Source: Octopus sinensis (taxonomy: Eukaryota). Taken from it: a DNA stretch of 25,027 nucleotides. The stretch lies in assembly GCF_006345805.1 (NCBI RefSeq), contig NW_021836241.1, positions 1 through 25,027 on the forward strand. The letters are read 5' to 3'. Below are positions 21,026-25,027 of this stretch, in pieces (position 1 is the stretch's first letter; each line of letters begins with the position of its first letter). A program made the position numbers and the translations under genes. A model generated the notes under the pieces. It ran no database searches and was not told where the DNA came from. It was given only the letters and a program-made list of their open reading frames with translations.

Positions 21026-21692
21026 TGCAGAGTCTTACTGAAACACACTGCATGTCCAGGGCTTAACAATTACATCCAGAACCTCAATGTAGGTGGCAGA
21101 GTTAATTCTAAGGACTTGTGGAATCAAGTAAGTAGGCCTCACATATCCTTCGTTGCTGACAATCCCTAAAACTATGAAAGTTGCAGGAAATTTTGTATGC
21201 ATAACACTTGGAACTTTAGAATGGTCTGCACATAACCATCTGTCATTTCTTCAGTTAACTTTTTTGATTTGGTTTGAGAAAAACCATCACGCCCAGTATA
21301 GATTTCTGACTGTTCCTTCTGAAACATGGAGATCTTTTGCAATTGACCTCAAGGATTTTCTCGGATTGTAATCAAAGGTCTGTTGAACTTGCTGAATAAA
21401 TTCAAGTGTTTTGATGATTTCAGAATGTTTAGAATGATTTTTATGCTTTGATACTGGTGATACGTTTCCATCTTCAGTCTCTAACTCCTTACAAACTTTG
21501 TAGATGAAAGATCTGACAACTTTGAAAAATCGACGTATATATAAATCGCTATGCTCAGCATTTAAAAACACAATAACAGCAATTTGTTGAGTAAGATGAG
21601 GGTCTGCAATCATTATTTTCTGAAACAAAGATTATACAGAGTTAGCAAAAAATGCAAAAAATGCTGCGTCCTCAAATACTTTGCGCACCCTG
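21026..21692 (-). pseudogene. Tc1/mariner-superfamily transposase remnant (maT/DD37D-like) with its 5' TIR; 3' part missing
   Basis: TIR CAGGGTGCGCAAAGTATTTGAGGACGC near 21692. One frame reads AEHSDLYIRRFFKVVRSFIYKVCKEL..NPRKSLRSIAKDLHVSEGTVRNL (HTH), then WFFS[deletion]..RNDRWLCAD..MHTKFPATFIVLGIVSNEG..YIEVLDVIVKPW..VFQ*DSA. The first catalytic Asp is deleted and the third is absent, so the subfamily call is an inference. Confidence 0.88.
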
Positions 21693-21699
21693 CATAATC

Positions 21700-21819
21700 A
21701 TGCATATATCTACATATACGTATTTTCCTTTTACATATATGTATACATGTATATATATACATATATATATATATATATTTATATGTGTGTGTGTGTGGGT
21801 GTATTTATATATATAATAT

Positions 21820-21885
<66 letters not shown>

Positions 21886-21997
21886 ACATATATTTATATC
21901 TCTTACGTCCAAAATGCAGCCAACTCACTAATAACACACAGACCTGTGTATGTGTGTTCGATTTGCTTGTACATATATATATATAATATAATATATA

Positions 21998-22029
<32 letters not shown>

Positions 22030-22183
22030 CATACATATATATATATATATAATACACATATACATATACATACACAAACACACAGACACAAAAACACACA
22101 CACATATATAGATAGATAGATACAAGCGCATGTATGCGTGTACGTGAGGGCATTTGTGTGTGTGTATGTGTGTGTGTATGTGT

Positions 22184-22223
<40 letters not shown>

Positions 22224-22595
22224 TTACATTATTCTCTCTGTCCCTGAATTCCATATCTCGCTGTCAGTTGTCAGTTGTCTTGTCATTCCCCGTGCCTGTA
22301 ACGTTGTACTCTCTAGTTTAATAAAGTTACTTCAATAGGATTATGAACTACATTGTTAAAATTGGATAAGAGAATTGTTTAAGCTGCGAGAGATATTCAA
22401 TACATATATATAGAGATAAGAAATTACAAAATATTGATATAATATACATACATACACATATATATACATACACACACATAGACATATATAGTATGATATA
22501 TATATATATTATATATAATTATATAATATATATGTAATATAATGTAAATAATAAATATGCATGTATATAATATATATATATATATATTATATATA

Positions 22596-22626
<31 letters not shown>

Positions 22627-22655
22627 CATTATATATATATATATGTGGTGTGTGG
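21700..22655. repeat. (AT)n/(CA)n/(GT)n arrays with short unique spacers
   Basis: Directly visible. Confidence 0.9.
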
Positions 22656-22852
22656 GTGTCCGTGTTTGTCCCCACCATCCCTTGACAAACGACGTTGGTA
22701 TATTTACGTCCCTGTAACTTAGCGGTCCGGTAAAAGAGACCGATAGAATAAGTACTAGGCTTACAAAGAATAAGTAACGGGGTCGATTTGTTCGCCTAAG
22801 GCGGGCGCCAGTATGGCCGCAGTCATATGACTGAAATGAGTAAGAGAATAAA
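22655..22852 (+). mobile_element. 3' half of SINE family C
   Basis: GTGTTTGTCCCCACCATCCCTTGACAAACG..GTAACTTAGCGGTCCGG..AATAAGTACTAGGCTTACAAAGAATAAG..GGGGTCGATTTG..ATGGCCGCAGTC..ACTGAAA; colinear with 23175-23362. Confidence 0.85.
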
Positions 22853-22874
22853 CGAATATATATATATATATATA

Positions 22875-22920
<46 letters not shown>

Positions 22921-23061
22921 TATACACACATACATGTGTATATATATCTCTATCTATCCATCTATATACGTACAATATACAACGCACATATGCAAGTGTA
23001 TTATATTGTGTATATATCTTCACATATGTGTATATTTGTGTGTGTTTGTGTGTGTTGATAT

Positions 23062-23362
23062 AAAGCCTTGTGAGTGAATTTGGTAGACAGAAACTGAAAG
23101 ATACTCATCGTATGTGTGTATATGTATACATGAATATATATATATATATGAATATGTATTTATGTGTACGGACTTGTCCCCCAGTATCGCTTGACCACCG
23201 ACGCTAGTACATTTACCTCCTAGTAACTTAGCGGCTCGGGAAGAGAAAACGATATAAGTACTAGGCTTACAAAGAATGAGTCTTGGGTTCGATTTGCTCG
23301 ACTAAAGGCGGTGCTCCAGCATGGCCGCAGTCGAATAACTGAAACAAATAAAGGAATAAAAG
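23062..23362 (+). mobile_element. 5'-truncated SINE family C with an internal (AT/GT)n microsatellite
   Basis: AAAGCCTTGTGAGTGAATTTGGTAGACAGAAACTGAAAG, then an AT/GT run (about 23110-23170), then the same tail as 22655-22852. Confidence 0.82.
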
Positions 23363-24210
23363 TTTATATATATATATATAGACATACACATACACATATG
23401 TATGCATGTATGTATTATGTATATATATATTTACGTATGTAAGTATGTGTGTATATATGTATGTATGCATTTATAATGTACATTAGTCAGTGAGTAATAT
23501 ATATATCTATATATAATAGATATATATATATATATTATATATATACCAAAGTGGCTGACAACACATTTGGTAACGTAGTATCTACCTGTATTATTTAATA
23601 ATGGTTGGATTCGGTTTCACGGAACTCAAAGTTCCGTCGCAAGCTCCCCACGCTCCCTCTTTCTCATTCTCCCTCTCCCTCTTTCTCTCCATATGTATAC
23701 ATACATACATACATACATATCAATATATATACATATATACATGGTAAAATTACTATATATTTTCATGTTTCTATATACTTAGGGGTCCCTTATCTTTTAA
23801 AATATTGCGTGAATAAATTCTTTTGCAATCCCATTGTTCTCAGTAGAGTTACACTATTACTTACGCTATAATTTAATATATACAATAGAATTATGATTTA
23901 ATACTTATAATTGCATAATAGAATTACTAAAATGTGTTAGACGTACAAAATGCTAATCATATAATTACTATAAAATTTTACAGATATACATTTGAATTAC
24001 ATTGTAGTTTTAATTAAATTTCTCTAATTTCTTAAAATAATCTCCCCACCAACCTTTAATATCTTTATATATACACAGTAGATAAAGCTCATTTGTATAT
24101 AACTGTAAACAGGATATCAATTTATATTTTGTGTGTGTGTGTGTGTGTATATGTATATATATGCACATATATGTAGGTCTATATATATATTCGTTTATTT
24201 GTATCTGTGA

Positions 24211-24297
24211 CTGTGGCAAGGAACTTAGTTCAAAACCGCATTGTTCTGAGTTCAGTTCCAATGCGTCGCATCTTGGCCAGGTTTTTCTGCTACAGCC
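24211..24297 (+). mobile_element. Decayed tRNA head + CORE-like segment, probable 5' part of family C
   Basis: GTTCTGAGTTCAGTTCCAATGCGTCGCATCTTGGCCAGGTTTTTCTGCTACAGCC: B-box-like motif plus a degenerate CACCTTGGGCAAGTG CORE-like motif. Confidence 0.6.
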
Positions 24298-24534
24298 GAT
24301 ATATATATATATAGATATATATATATAATATATATATATTATATATATATATATATATAGATATATATATATTATATATATATATATATATTTGTATATA
24401 TATATAATATTATATATTAATATATATATATATATATACATTTGTATATATATATGTATATATAATTATATATATATATATATACATATATTTGTATATA
24501 TATATATCTATATCATATTTGTAATATATATATT

Positions 24535-24571
<37 letters not shown>

Positions 24572-24966
24572 GTTATATGTATATATATATATATATTTGT
24601 ATATATTTGTATATATGTGTATATATATACATATTTGTATATATATGTATATATATATATTTGTATATATGATTGATTGATTGGTTCTAGTTTCAGCTCA
24701 CGGGCTGTGGCCCTGCTGGGCACCGCCATTTGGTGTTGCTACATGGTTTTACTTCACGAATGCTTTTTAGCAACTGTCATTTGTTGCATATATATATGTG
24801 TATATATATATATTAGTATATAATATGTATATATTAATATATAGATATTTGTATTTATATGTTTATATATATATATTTGTATATATATATTTATTTTATA
24901 TATTTATATATATTATTTATATATATTTGTATATATATATATGTATATTATATTTATATATATTTG

Positions 24967-25002
<36 letters not shown>

Positions 25003-25027
25003 TATATATATATATATATATATAATA
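24298..25027. repeat. (AT)n array with a recurring TTTGT variant
   Basis: Directly visible; interrupted at about 24671-24790. Confidence 0.95.
24671..24727 (-). mobile_element. 3'-terminal fragment of a family C-related SINE with an (AATC)n tail
   Basis: Reverse complement GGCGGTGCCCAGCAGGGCCACAGCCCGTGAGCTGAAACTAGAACCAATCAATCAATC; compare GGCGGTGCTCCAGCATGGCCGCAGTC at about 23307. Confidence 0.65.

Overview
AT-rich animal non-coding DNA, very probably from an octopus or other coleoid cephalopod. This assignment is an inference from the tRNA-derived SINE families and the extreme microsatellite load, roughly a quarter to a third of the window by eye. I find no host protein-coding gene I can support; most listed ORFs are translations of (AT)n, (CA)n, (GAT)n and (TTA)n arrays. 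The informative content is mobile DNA: about 20 tRNA-SINE copies or fragments, two decayed RTE-clade LINEs (12415-14295 +, 17602-19113 -), a maT/DD37D-like Tc1/mariner transposase remnant (21026-21692 -), two tandem mariner-derived MITE copies (5387-5731), and a 415 bp TG...CA insertion with terminal inverted repeats (candidate solo LTR). The most striking pattern is a modular SINE system in which two heads (A, B) are combined with several tails (X, Y, Z, W), with all four A/B x X/Y combinations inside 2 kb. Also notable are a SINE that multimerises at a fixed junction, and a nested-insertion series in which removing two TSD-flanked SINEs restores the RTE reading frame. Family labels M, A, B, C and X, Y, Z, W are my working names. 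Coordinates were read by eye and may be off by a few bases. I see no evidence for a novel enzymatic or defence system.
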